Positions 13,496 to 26,767 of a stretch of DNA of 64,000 nt are shown piece by piece (the first letter of the stretch is position 1; every line of letters begins with the position of its first letter). The DNA lies in NCBI GenBank assembly GCA_013239625.1, contig MU054187.1, positions 9,009,231-9,073,230 of the forward strand, written 5' to 3'. The translations under genes and the position numbers were made by a program. The notes beneath the pieces were generated by a model. That model ran no database searches and had not been told where the DNA came from. It saw only the letters and a program-made list of their open reading frames with translations. Source of the DNA: Lama guanicoe. Lineage: Eukaryota.

Positions 13496-14582
13496 TGATT
13501 ATTTTAAGAGATGATACATTTACATTGTTTCCTTTTTTCGCCTAATTTGATCTCTAGTACGTAGTTATTTTTTCGAGTGGTCGTCTTTTCTGTTCATTTT
13601 AAAGAATCAGCTACTATTTGTAAAGTTTCTAGAGTTAAAGAACTGTGTCCTAGGTCCATAAGAATTACAGAATCCCCTAGCCTTCAGAAGTTTACATTCT
13701 AAAGTGAGAAACTGGAAAGAACTGTCATAAATATGTTTAGATTGATGGAGTAACTATAATGGTCTTCCTGGGGCAGAGGAATCCCTGTGGATCATATCAG
13801 GGAATTTGTGTACTCATTGGAGACTGTTTCCTAAAAACTGAGAGTCAAGATGAGTTTTGATTCAAAGGAGGCAGTGTGTAAGATTTAGAGAAGTGCTTCC
13901 ATTTATTTTAAAGAGCCTGAATAAATTGTTGACTCCTCTTCAATCTAATAAACACTTATTCACCTGGTCAACTCTTCATTCTTATTAGGCATCGAGGAAA
14001 CATAGATAAAATAAGGTACATTCCTGGCTTTCCAGGAATATCTGGAAATACTTGCTAGAGGAGATGAAACAAGGAAATCAGTAATACTGATGCTGGAAAT
14101 ACTACTAAATAAGTACAGAAGGCCTCTGTGGGATGAGAGGCTTGGCAAGGCTTCTCAGAGGAGGGGATGCTAGAGCTGAGTGAGGAGGGTCAGTAGGAGC
14201 CACTCACATAGGATGGTGGTGTTCCAGGAAAAGTGAATGTGTTTAAAGGTACTCATTAGGAGGCCACACGGCATATTTAGGAGACTCCAAATGGCTCCAT
14301 GAGTCCAGAGAGGAGCAGAGAAGGAACAAGCTTGCTCTTTATTTGGTTTTCCTGTTACTTTGTTTTCAATTCTACTGACATCTGCGCCTATCATTTTCTC
14401 CTTCTTCTTGGAGTTTTTCTTTTTTTCTAGATTCTCTAGGTGAGAGCTTATATTAATTTGAGACTTTTTCTTTTTTCTAATATAAGCATTTTAGTGCTAT
14501 ACATTGTTTGGTTTCCAAATGTTTAGCACTTTTACTGTTATTGAGTTCTAGTTTGATTCTGTGGTCAGGGAACACACGTATC

Positions 14583-14677
14583 CAGTTGATCCTTGAACAA
14601 CATGGGTTTGCACTGTGGACTTAGGACTGCGTGGAGGGTTGGAGTCCCTAATTCCTGTGTTGTTCAAGGGTCAGTTG
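14583..14677. mobile_element. Minimal (95 bp) Tigger2-type MITE with both terminal inverted repeats
   Basis: CAGTTGATCCTTGAACAACATGGG ... CCTGTGTTGTTCAAGGGTCAGTTG followed by TA. Confidence 0.75.
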
Positions 14678-14780
14678 TATTTCCATTCTTTTAAAAATTT
14701 GTTGAGGTTTTTTTTAAACGGCTCAGGATATGGGCCATTTTGGTTCATGTTCTGTGGGTATATAAAAGAATGTGTGCTCT

Positions 14781-14946
14781 AGGGGGTGAGTGGTATAGCT
14801 CAGTGGTAGAGCACGTGCTTGGCATGCACAAGGTACTAGGTTCAATCCCCAGTGCGTATGTTAAGGGTAAAAATAATAAGTAAGTAAATGGTAAGTAAGT
14901 TAATTAATTAATTAAAACATATGTAAAAAAAAGACCAGAAAAAAAA
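14781..14946 (+). mobile_element. tRNA-derived SINE (Vic-1-like) with AT-rich tail
   Basis: GGTATAGCTCAGTGGTAGAGCAC...GGTTCAATCCCCAG; diverged target-site duplication aagaatgtgtgctct / aaaaatacgtactct. Confidence 0.85.
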
Positions 14947-17900
14947 TACGTACTCTGTTGTTGTCAGTAGAACGTCCTGTAAATGTCAGAGACCCTGTTG
15001 GTTGATGGTGTTGCTGAATTCTGTACTTTTTTTTTCTTCCAAAATTTTTTTAATTGAGTTATAGTCATTTTACAATGTTGTGTCAAATTCCAGTGTGTAT
15101 CTTTTTTGATTTTTCTATTTGTTCTAACAATTTTTGAAAGGAGGGTGTTGAAGTTATAGTCACGCAGGTCACTGAGACTCTGCTCACATTTCTTCCTGGT
15201 CTGTTCACTTTTTGTGTTTTCATTTTGGATGATTTCTATTGTTCTGTCTCTGAATTCATTGATTCTTCCATCTTCTCCATTCTGCTTTTGATCCTATCCA
15301 GTGTGTTTTTAATTTCAGTTATTTTACCTTTTACTTTGAAAATCTTCATTTGGTTCTGCTTTATATCTTGGAGGTTTTTGCTGAGACTTTTTTTTTCATT
15401 TGTTTTACGAATGCTAGTAATTGCTCATTTAAGCCTTTTTATTATAGCTGTTTTGAAACCTGTCAGATAATTCTAACATCTCTTGTCATCTCAGAGTTGG
15501 CATCTGTTAATTGTCATTTTTCATTCAGTTTGTGTTCTTTTTGGTTCTTGGTATGAGTGATTTTTTAAATTGAAATCAAGGTATTTTGAGAATCTGAGAC
15601 TCTGGACCTTATTTCAGCTTTTTCTTTTAGCTGGCTTTCACTGATAGCACTCTGGCAAGGGAAGGGTGGGTGCCATCTTGTTTATTCATTCAATTTTAAT
15701 ATATTAATTTCTAATTGCATCTAATTCTTAATTCTGAGTGCCACAACATATCAAACTGAATAGGTGTTAAATAAAAATGTACAGGTTCATAGGATTTGAA
15801 AGTATTTCAGGCAGCCCTTTTCTTACACCACAATGTAATCTAGTGACCAGGTGAAAGTTTTTACAAAATCTGTAATATAAGAATAGTGAATAAAGTGAGA
15901 CTGAAGACTTGAAGATACCCAATTTAAGTTTTTCAATCTGACATGAAGTGGATGGTGCTATTAAGGAGTGTTGGGGAAGAACCCCCAACCTCATACAGGA
16001 TGACAATGAGTAACAAGACTCCAAAGGAAATGACTCAGCACCAGACAGGCTGGCTTGCCACGGCTCCCAGGAGGAGCGCAGACCAGAGCAAGTTAGCTTC
16101 CTGCTCGCGGTACAGCAAACAGCACGTGCTGTTCATTCCCACTTTGACCTTAATTATTTGACACTAGACAGTAACTAATAATGTACAATCCTCAAGTGCT
16201 GCATTCAAGGGACAGACGTCATTTCCACGAAACATCACTTGTAGAAGGATCCAGCTTTTACGATACAAAACAAGAGCCTAGAATAGCGAGTAAGAGGAAT
16301 CCCACCAGTCGTCTGGGTCTGTGGCCTCGCGACAGTCCTGCCCCATCCCCACTGTAAATCCTCTGATGGGCAACTGCCCTCTGAAAACAGCTTTCCTAGT
16401 CCAGGTATCTCTAGCCAGCTACTCACTCACTTTGCAAAGATTGTTAGTTTTCTACGCAACTTTTTACTTTCAGAGAACTGAATCAACCAGTCCCCCACAC
16501 CAGCCCCCGTGTATCCCATTGGCAATAGTGTCTTTTTATTCATTTCTAGGCTGTTCTCAGTTGAAACAGTGAGACAGCGCCATCCTGGGAATAGCACCCT
16601 CCACAGGGCACTGGGCTGATGTAAAACGATCTCAGATTTTGGTTTTCATTAACTGTGAGATTAAGGGGAAGGACCCCACAGGTGCACTATATTTAATTGA
16701 GGATTTCCTTTGAAATGATCAGTGGAACTTGAAAAGCCCTTCATAGTTCTGTACGTTGTGCTCCCAAAGTGGCTGCTGCCCTTGACACCGATGTTGAAAA
16801 GATGAGTGCGAGGTCGCGTGCAGGGCCACTCCGAACGGGCACCTGTGCCCTCATGCCACAAGGCCCTTTGGAGCCAAAAGCAAACAAAAGGTAGAAGGCA
16901 CGAGCACAAGCTGGCACACAGGAAGTGTTTTTAAGAAACGGCCGCACGCTGGCTGTCTCCTGCTTTGGGGATGTGCAGACTTGACGGCTCTTTTGTTTTT
17001 GTTTTTTTGTTTTGTTTCTTAAATTTCTCTGAATTATACACAAGAATTATAGTAGGAAAGAGCATTTTTCTTAGTTTGGATTACTTCTGCCTCTATATTC
17101 TAGCTCTTAATAGCCTTCTATTCTGAAGGATGGCAAAACAGACTGGTTCTGAGAATGAGTTTTGACTGCCTTATAAAACAGATGTCTGTGGGAGAAGAGT
17201 GTGTGTGTTTGTATTTTTAACGGAAGGGACATGTCTGAGAATTTTCATAAAATTAAACTTTTCCATATACAAGAATATTACAGAGCAACTCTTTTTGTTT
17301 CTGGTTCTCGAGCTCCTGTAAATGTTGAATCTGTGTCTTTGAGAAGACGGGATCATTTCAAGATTACTTTTTTTAGCTTCTAAAAATCTACATTTAAACT
17401 CCCGCACTTCCTGTATTTATTCTATTTGAACCCACAGCCGTCAACAGTGTTTCATACGTGGAAATGCAGAATCTATGCCGAAGTTACAAAACTAGTTTTG
17501 GACATAAAATACAGATGATCTGCTATTGTTACTTAAATCATTTTGCTAAAAGTCCTAAACTTTTTCCCTCTTACCCTGGTACACTGGTTTTCAAGATTAA
17601 TGAGTACTTTATCCTTAATTTTCAGTAGATGGAAAAACAAATGATAAAATTCATCTGTTGGAGTTCCGGGGGAGAGGCAGAAGCTTAATTCTTCCCTTTT
17701 GAAAGAACATTGTAGTTTGCTGTTCACTATTCATTAATTCTTCTCTTACAATGTATTTTGCCTAGAAGGATCTTAAGGAAAGAAAGCTGTTTAAACTAAA
17801 CGCCTTATAGTTGATCTCATAATCCAAACTGTCATATTATCTTGTCCCAGTTGTGGGTATTGAGTAAATGTTCATGGGATTTGAAGACTGACTGACTTGA

Positions 17901-19489
17901 ATGATAATGTTTTAAAGCAAACTTAAAAGCACTTAATACCGTTGGCTCCTGTGATCTAGGAGAATCTTAGGTGAGGGTATATACTCACTACTGAAGCGAC
18001 GACTAGTTCTTAAACAGGACGGTAACATTTTTTGTTTAGTAGCACTGAAGATTCTGGCATTCAAAATTTATTTGCTGTTATAATGCAGACTTGATGAAAT
18101 ACCTGCGCTCGTACACAATACGAAAGCAAACCATCATCCTCGCTTCCATTCTCAGATATAAAAATTTTCATTCTTTTAGGTGAGTTTTGACAAAACAAAG
18201 CAAAATTCAACGTTCATGGAAAATGGAAGATGGTAGGGGGAGAGGTGAGGGAACGCTGAGTCTGCACCTGCAGTTCTGTTTCTTTCCGCTTCCATCTACT
18301 TGTCACCCTCCTGATGCCCCCTACCTCGATGCCTGTGGGGCAGCGTGTGTCCTCTGTCCTGAGAACACCACTTCTGAGCACTCTTGTTGCTTTAAAGTCA
18401 TGAAGTCACAGTCTCTCTCCTACTCTTATTTCTCCTCTGGTGTCTGGAACAAATGTGATACTTTAATTCTACATTTATTTGAGATTTCTGTGTTTTACCC
18501 AGATCTCCTCAGAACTAGTATTCTGTCCCTGCCACTGTCCCACCTATAAGTGTTTTCCCTAGTTCTTCCAAGTAGTATTTTAAAAAATCATTGTGTTGTT
18601 TTTATTAAAAACATAAGCGGTCAAGAATATAGTTGAGGAAGCATATTAAGAATATGTGACATTATAATGATTAAATCAACCCATGCAAATAGCCTGCCCC
18701 TCAAAAGAATGTTATTCAGTAGACTGACTAATTTTTATCTACTTGTACCCTAATGTACAAAGATGTTTAACAAAAGTATTTGACCTACCCTATGAAAAGG
18801 TAGGTAGAAACCAGAATTTAGGCTGTTACATCAACAAAAAGCAACAATGATTTTTTTAATTGTTAATGTGTTATTAAAATTTTTTCCTTATTGCAGGATG
18901 ATTAGAGCACATGAGTCTAATCTCTTATAACAAATAATCTTTCAAAGAATATTTTAATATATTTAATCAGAGTGTCAGTATTATTTCTCATAAAAGTTTT
19001 TACCTTTGTTTAATCTTCATGTACTTTTTTAGACATCTCATCACCTATTTCTTCCCAGTGTGGGGCTAAGAAAGGGAATGGTAGTTGAAACTTTGCAAGC
19101 CAAATATACTTCCCTATCCCACAGATATTCCAAATTAAAGTTAATAAAGTTAGTATTGATTGAAGTCGGCTGCTAATCTAAATCTAAAGTAGAGCCTGAA
19201 GTAAAGGTAACAACTAGGATATTTATTCTCCAGATGTTTTTGTTTAATACTACAGGTAAAAAATAATTTACAAGCATCCTCAATATGTGATAGTATAATT
19301 AACATGGCATAATCAGAATTAGATATGAAGAAAAACACCTGAATTCAGTACATAATACCAAAAGCTAAAGGTCCGAGAATTCACTCAAAACACAAGGTAG
19401 AACAAATTAACACGGCTCTCCAGCACAAACAAGGCAAGACAGCAGTGTCCAGTTAAAGGAAAACTAAAACAGAATGTAATGTTGGTGAG

Positions 19490-19985
19490 CGCTGTAATGG
19501 TTAGGATTAAGTGTGACTGCGTGAAACAGAAGTCAAAAACAATGAAGAAGAAGTTTATTTTTCTCTCAAGTCAGAAACATCCAGAGTGGAGAGTATGATG
19601 CTGACAGTGGCTCCACTGTGTCCCTAGTGACCCAGCCGGGCTCTCTGCCATCCTCAGCACTGGCTTTCACGTCAAGGTTAGCTTGACTCTCAGAGGCTCT
19701 TGGGGCGGGAGGAGAGGGTGGGGCTAGAGATGAAAGGACTGGCTTTCTCCCGGAGCGGCATCATCTCCGCTAAGCAGCCTTCCTGGCGGCTCACCCACGT
19801 TCTGCCTCCAGCTTGTCAGTCAGCACTTGGTCACATGACCATGGGATGGAAGGAAACTGGGATATGTTAACCTGATTGTTGTGATTATTTCAAAACGTAT
19901 ACACACATCAAATCATGCTGTACACCTTAACTACATACAGCATGTGTCAGTTATACCTCAGTAAAGCTGGAAGGAAAAAGAAAAC
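19490..19985. mobile_element. MaLR (MLT1-like) LTR remnant followed by a short L1 3' end (about 19865-19985, +)
   Basis: gaagtttattttctctc...ccagag; then gtgattatttcaaaacgtatacacacatcaaatcatgctgtacacc...ttatacctcagtaaagctgg. Confidence 0.55.
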
Positions 19986-20697
19986 TGATTAGAGGCCGGA
20001 AAAACCTAATTGTAGAAAATAGGAGGAAATGGTAAGTATAGAAATTGACAACTGAAAAGGAATCTGAATTTTATTCTCACCCCCCAAAGACTTCCATATA
20101 GAGCTGTGGAGCAATGCATGTTAGAAAAGCCTTTTTTTTTTTAAACACCCAAGTGAAAATGAGATCATGTATATAGTTACTGCATGAGTTCCACTGTAAT
20201 GATTACTTTTTTCTCCTTTGTAGTTTCTTACGCTGTAATCTGGCCCATATTGTTACAGTATGTCTTACAATTTAGTACATTCTATCACATGTGGAAAACA
20301 CTGACATCCAAGGGTAGAAGCCAAGACCCTGGGGAAGGGCTAAGAGATTACTGATTTGATTTGATTGTCACACATAACCAGTAATTAGTTTATCATTAAA
20401 AGTTTCTTCACCTTAGTTCACACCATCAAAACAAAACATGAATTAGCAAAGACACTGTTGGAATCTGTGTTGCCTCTTGTAGTGCAGGCTTGTGTGTATT
20501 GTGTGGAGATTAAGAAGAATGATGGCAGTAAGAAATCTGGCCTGGTGCGTTCCTGCGTGAGGTTGACGAGCGCTTTGTTGTTCTGAAACTTACAGCAGGG
20601 GCTTTATGGACGGTCAGCCTGAAAAGTGGTTCTCAGATGTTAGGTTCTGATTAACTTTGAAATGATGATTGATTGTATTCCCTGACAAAGCCTGTGA

Positions 20698-20964
<267 letters not shown>

Positions 20965-22617
20965 TAAGTCCTACGTTTGTTTTAACCAGGGAACTGGGAA
21001 TTAGAAGAATGCCACTCATGTAAAATTTACTAACAAGTAACAGCATTGATTGAGCTTGTTAGAAAATCTGGGGTCCGTCCTCTATGCATGGTCCAGTAGA
21101 GGACCCAGGCAAGTTTTAGTGGTTTTTGTTTGTTTTGAACCACCCTGATGCTGTCAGAGAGGATACGGAGTATACGCATTCATTAAATATAGTTAAACTG
21201 CTACTCCTGTGAATGCTGCGGGCACCTCAGCTGTCTGTGATAGTGGCACCATCCACGTTAGGCGTGAGGTAATCTCCATCAGCGCTGACGGGGCTGAGTG
21301 CTGCTTCCCTACCTGCGTGTTCTGCGGCGGGTACTTGGCCCTTCCACCTCCCAGTCCTGCTCTGCAGTGAGGACAGCTGCCCTGTGTTACGGAGTTACCG
21401 TGGGAGTAAATGTGCAAATTATATGAAATGTCTTTAGCACATTGCAGCTACTTAATGGTCAGTTCTCTTCCTCTTGCCCAGAGTGGAAACTGAATTCAGG
21501 TCGTCTGACTCTTGGTCTAATACTGTTGCTTCTGTGTGGCATTGTCACTCGGGAGAAGAAACCGTGGTGTTGAAATCCTAGCCCATGAACCTTCTGGCAC
21601 GTAGTGGTGGTTTTTCCTCGTGTTGTTCCCGAGTCCTGGCTAGACTCAGTATAAGCCAACTCTAAAGGTGAAAGGCCAGGACAGTTACTCTGCCTCTGAG
21701 TCACTGTGCTCACGGCCCCAGGGTTTAATGTAACCCCACGTGTTAACCTCATCCAGCCTGTGTCTGGCCAGGATGGACCGAGGGCGCATGCATTCGGGCA
21801 CCTGCTGTCACTTAAGTGAAATTTGTGTGTCACTTTTATAGAACCAAAGTCCTGCCCTTTTCTTTTTTAAATTATAAATTGCACTCCTGTTTTGCTCTAC
21901 CTCCCTCTACTGGCAGACTAAGAAAACTGCTGTAATAGTGCGAGAATTGGGGGGTTTACATTAGGTGTTAGATTTACAATCCAAATCCCTTGAGGAAACT
22001 CTTGCACTGAGTTCCCCCTAATCAGTATAGTTCACCCAAAAAACAACTCACTAACCTCCCATTATGCAGAAAGATGAATTTTTAGGTCCTTATTTGAGAA
22101 CTACTTTAACTTCTTATTTTGGAAATTAACTAGAACTTTTTTTCTTACAGAAATTTGTTCAATAAATCTAAAACTTTTCTTTTAAAAACATTCTAGTTAA
22201 TGCTTGATAAGTCATATATAAATATACTTAGAATGAAACACAAGTTTATCAAAGTTTTTTCAAATAGTTACTCCAGTATTAAATGGTCAAACTGTATCCT
22301 GAAGACAGTTACATGTGCAGTGTGACTGCTGTGTGTTTCATCTAGAGGTGGGGACAGGCTCTGCAGCCGGCCCACGACAGCGCCCTGTTACGTGGAACAC
22401 TTGCATCTGGAGGGTCTGGGATTAAATGATACAGAGACTGAGATTCAGGCATTAAGATTCTAACCAAGTAGCTGACACTTCCTTTCTACTTACATGATTG
22501 AGATTCTTTTTGAGGATATTATTTTCAAATATGAAGTCCTTAACATAACTTTGCTTTTAAAATATTTTACTTGTCCGTAGCCATCAGGATTGAATTGGTT
22601 TTTCCTTATTTCTGTAG

Positions 22618-22901
<284 letters not shown>

Positions 22902-23373
22902 TGAGGACACACTGCCTTCTTTCTTACGTCCCCCCCTTTTTTTGCCTTATAAAACCAAGTACTAGGCTTCTTGATAATTTTGTTTTACAGCATGACTACA
23001 ATGAATAATTTGTTTTTAATTTAAGAAAAAAAGACATGCCCCATTGGCTCTTATATGCTGTTAGCTAAGAGATTAGCAAAATAAACACTTCCCAGGTTAC
23101 CTTTTCACCACCCCCACCACTGCATTTAAAGCCCTTTCGTGACTGTGCAGGCCATTCATCCGCTACAGCTGTGCTGTGTACCTACCAGGACAGTCGCTGG
23201 GCGCTTGGAGAAGAGTGGAACTGCTATCGCCCTGAGGGCGTGTGGTCACTGCTCCTGAGAGGAGCTGACCTTGGGTTCATCGGGCCCCTTGTGCTCTTCT
23301 GTGGAGCCTCTAAGTCTAGGGTTTCCACATCACTGCGTCAGTATTTGTCTGTGTCTTTTTTGAGGGTCTGTGA

Positions 23374-23811
<438 letters not shown>

Positions 23812-24458
23812 TAGCATGAGAAATTTAACATTGGAGATAAACTATGTTTTATTTATATTTAAGCATAATGACGTGAAATTCATTACAATAAAATTTATAC
23901 CTTAGGGCAATCTAAATGTTATGATACAGAAATTCACAGTAAGGGAAGACTGTTTTCTCTTAGGGCACCTGTGACAGTCTTCTGAAGAGGGAGAGGTTTG
24001 ACCAAGGCCTTGCAGGATGTGGGCCACGCCACAGATGGAGACTGAGCAGATGTCACAGATGCTCTCAGACAGGGATCCAGTCCCTTCAGTCCAGTTACTG
24101 TCATGGGGGCTATGAGCTTGTCTATTCCAGAGAGGCAGATATCTTAGAAATTCTAGCATCTTTGAAACTCTTCGTACATGGAAAAGGAAACTTTGTACCA
24201 TTCTTTTACCCAGAGAAGTAAAATTGGACTAGCTAGGGTCTTGCTAAGATGATAATTTTCTTTTCTAGAAAGTAATCTTGTTACCAAAGTCTTTGACTTT
24301 GTTGACATATTTATAACAACCTGTCAATTCATAAAGGTTTTGATATTGTCTAGTTGCTGGATTTTTCATGCAGAACATACCCAGCCCTTTGATCCATGAT
24401 TGGGAGGGGGCATATCAATACTGCTACATTAACCAGTGTCTTTCTGTTTCTTTTCTAG

Positions 24459-24527
24459 TTTGGGCCACACATGTTGAAGTCTACAGGAAAAATGAAGGCT
24501 TTAATTGAGAATGTTTCAACTTCCTAA
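24459..24527 (+). CDS. MTFR1: MTFR1 last coding exon (exon 8), FGPHMLKSTGKMKALIENVSTS*
   Basis: ttttctag| acceptor, stop TAA at 24525-24527. Confidence 0.96.
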   Translation, partial: FGPHMLKSTGKMKALIENVSTS

Positions 24528-25984
24528 CAGACAACGAGCTGAGAAGGACTATCCTAGTTCAGCTGTTGTTTGTTAGGGCTGCTTGGCTGGTAGAAATCAA
24601 CACTATTTGGTAAATACCTGCATTTAGTGTTCAGTGGTCTCCTTTTAAGTCTCATTAGAGGGTTAAGCTGTAACAAAAGCACTCTTAGGTTTGCTTTTAA
24701 GAGAAGGTCAGTTCTGAAGTTTTCTATAACGTGTATATTCTGACATAACATGTTTTTAATGTGTAGCCAGGATATTTAGGTTTCCAGTCTCGAAAATAGT
24801 TAGATTTCAGAACAAAGGAACTTTGTAGATGTGAGTTTTAAATTCTTAACACTAATTTATCTGTACAGATGTTTTATGCGCATGTATTTAGACATAAAAC
24901 AGTACCTGACATTTAGCAGAGGCAGTGATGAGGGTGCTGCTGGTGTCGTTCATTCTCAGCGATCGTTTCTGCGCAGCTGGCACAACCAAGTTGTTGGAGT
25001 GAAATGTTTGAGACTGTAGTATCTTCTTGCCTTGAACAGAACTTTCATTTTAGATTCTTCCTCACATTGTCTTGGAGGTGGGGTTTGAGTGGGAAGTGGA
25101 TAATGTTCGCTGCTGAAACTCCATGAAGGAACGTCAAGGATCGTGAAAGCTGTTCTCGCCTCAGTGCCACCCAGTGCTGAGGAAGGGAACGTAGTTTTCA
25201 AATAGTGAGGAATCAAATTATTGAATTAAATCGTTTTTAAGTAAAAACCAGAATGTACCATCTTTTTTTCTTTCACAAAATGACTTGTTACTAAGTTAAT
25301 ACTTCTGGAAATGTCAGCATAATGGAGTTTAAAAATTTTTAATATTGGCAAAAACTGTAGCTTTATAGCGAAACACTGAATAGGCGAAAGAATTTCCTGT
25401 GAGCTGCTTATCATTGGTCAGAATGCTGTTCTGTTGCATTACATTGTGCAACATAAACTAGTGCTACTAGGAGTGGAGAGCTGCCTTTCTCATCCAGGGC
25501 TTCTAAGGAATTGTGACAAGTGATCATTTTAAAATGCTTCATAAGTCTTCATGATTTTCTATATTTCTGCTAAACTCAGTTATAGTTAGTCAGACTACCA
25601 TGAAAACATATTTGGATTTACTATTTAAATCTAGTGGGGGCAGGGGGAAGTTGTACTTCCTGGGGGGTGGGATTCAGAGGTGGGAAGAACAGGCATTCAC
25701 TGTTAGGTTACTGAAAATATGTGCAGTGTTCTAAATAACAGCAGATACTAGTTGAAGTTAATGTACATGGTTTGGTTATTCATGTAAAATTTGAACTGTG
25801 GCTTATTTTACACGTTGTCAATGCACATTGTTTCTCACTGTTTTATATGGTTTAAAAATTCTGCCTTTAAAAGAAATCCAGAAAATTCCCCTGATAGACA
25901 TACCTTGACCACCTAAGAAATTCATATTTGTATCAGTATTGAATTTGGGCCAGTGCTCCAAGATAAGGAAGGTAACTGTTTTGA

Positions 25985-25990
25985 AATAAA
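25985..25990 (+). terminator. Probable MTFR1 polyadenylation signal AATAAA (3' UTR about 1.5 kb)
   Basis: AATAAA followed about 40-55 nt later by a U/GU-rich stretch (tgcttgctttttcttc). Confidence 0.65.
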
Positions 25991-26689
25991 GCAAACTTTT
26001 ATCTTCCTTGGACCGTAACACCTATAAATATGCTTGCTTTTTCTTCACAATAGGTAAGATTCTTTTGATTCTACATGAAGCTGCTTTAGAATAATCTGCT
26101 TTCTGCATTTTTCAAGTGGAAATATATTCCTTATAATACATAACCTCTCACTCACTCATCTCTCAAAGAGGTTTCAGCATCAAGAGAGAAAGGCAGTCAC
26201 GTGAGGGAGCTTCCCCGGGGCTCTCAAGCCTACATAACCCACCCCGGGGACCGAGTGCTGGATGCTGCTGGCCCCTCTTCCCGCGCACCCTCGCGTTTGC
26301 TTTCTGGCAACCCCAGCAGCACAATGCCTGAAGTGGAAGAGCTTCAAAATGATTAAGCTCTACTTTATAGCTGAGGCTCAAAAAATTAAGTAACTGGTAC
26401 AACGTTTTGCCTACTGTGACTGACTAGTCTGGGGCTCTCTACACAGCCGGCCCTGGAGAGCTCGGCAGGGGCTGGGGCACGGCCCCCTACCACCCAGGGA
26501 AAGTCGCGGACGGCGCTCTCGGCTTCAACAACAGAAGAGCTGACAGCTGGCTCGCCCGAGGGCGGGAAGCCGCACCGGTTTCGGGTAGTCCAGGACTCAA
26601 ACCTTAGTTTCTTCGATTGCGCATATTATGATCTCTGATCAACACAAACTTTTTCCCACTTACAGATCTGTAAAATGAAAATACGGTAC

Positions 26690-26767
26690 TATGTTCACTG
26701 AAAAAAGTCCACATGTAAGTGGACCCACGCAGTTCAAACCCGTGTTGTGTTGTTCAAGGGCCAACCG
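26690..26767 (-). mobile_element. Tigger2-type terminal fragment
   Basis: gtaagtggacccacgcagttcaaacccgtgttg...ttcaagggccaaccg|ta is the reverse complement of the same terminus as at 2896. Confidence 0.7.

Larger units (their letters stand above)
14340..15680 (-). mobile_element. Old fragmented LINE-1 sequence hosting nested MITE and SINE (boundaries approximate)
   Basis: T-rich antisense L1-like motifs (ttggttcatgttctgtggg...aaagaatgtgtgctct; ttctgcttttgatcctatccagtgtgttttaatttcag). Confidence 0.65.
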
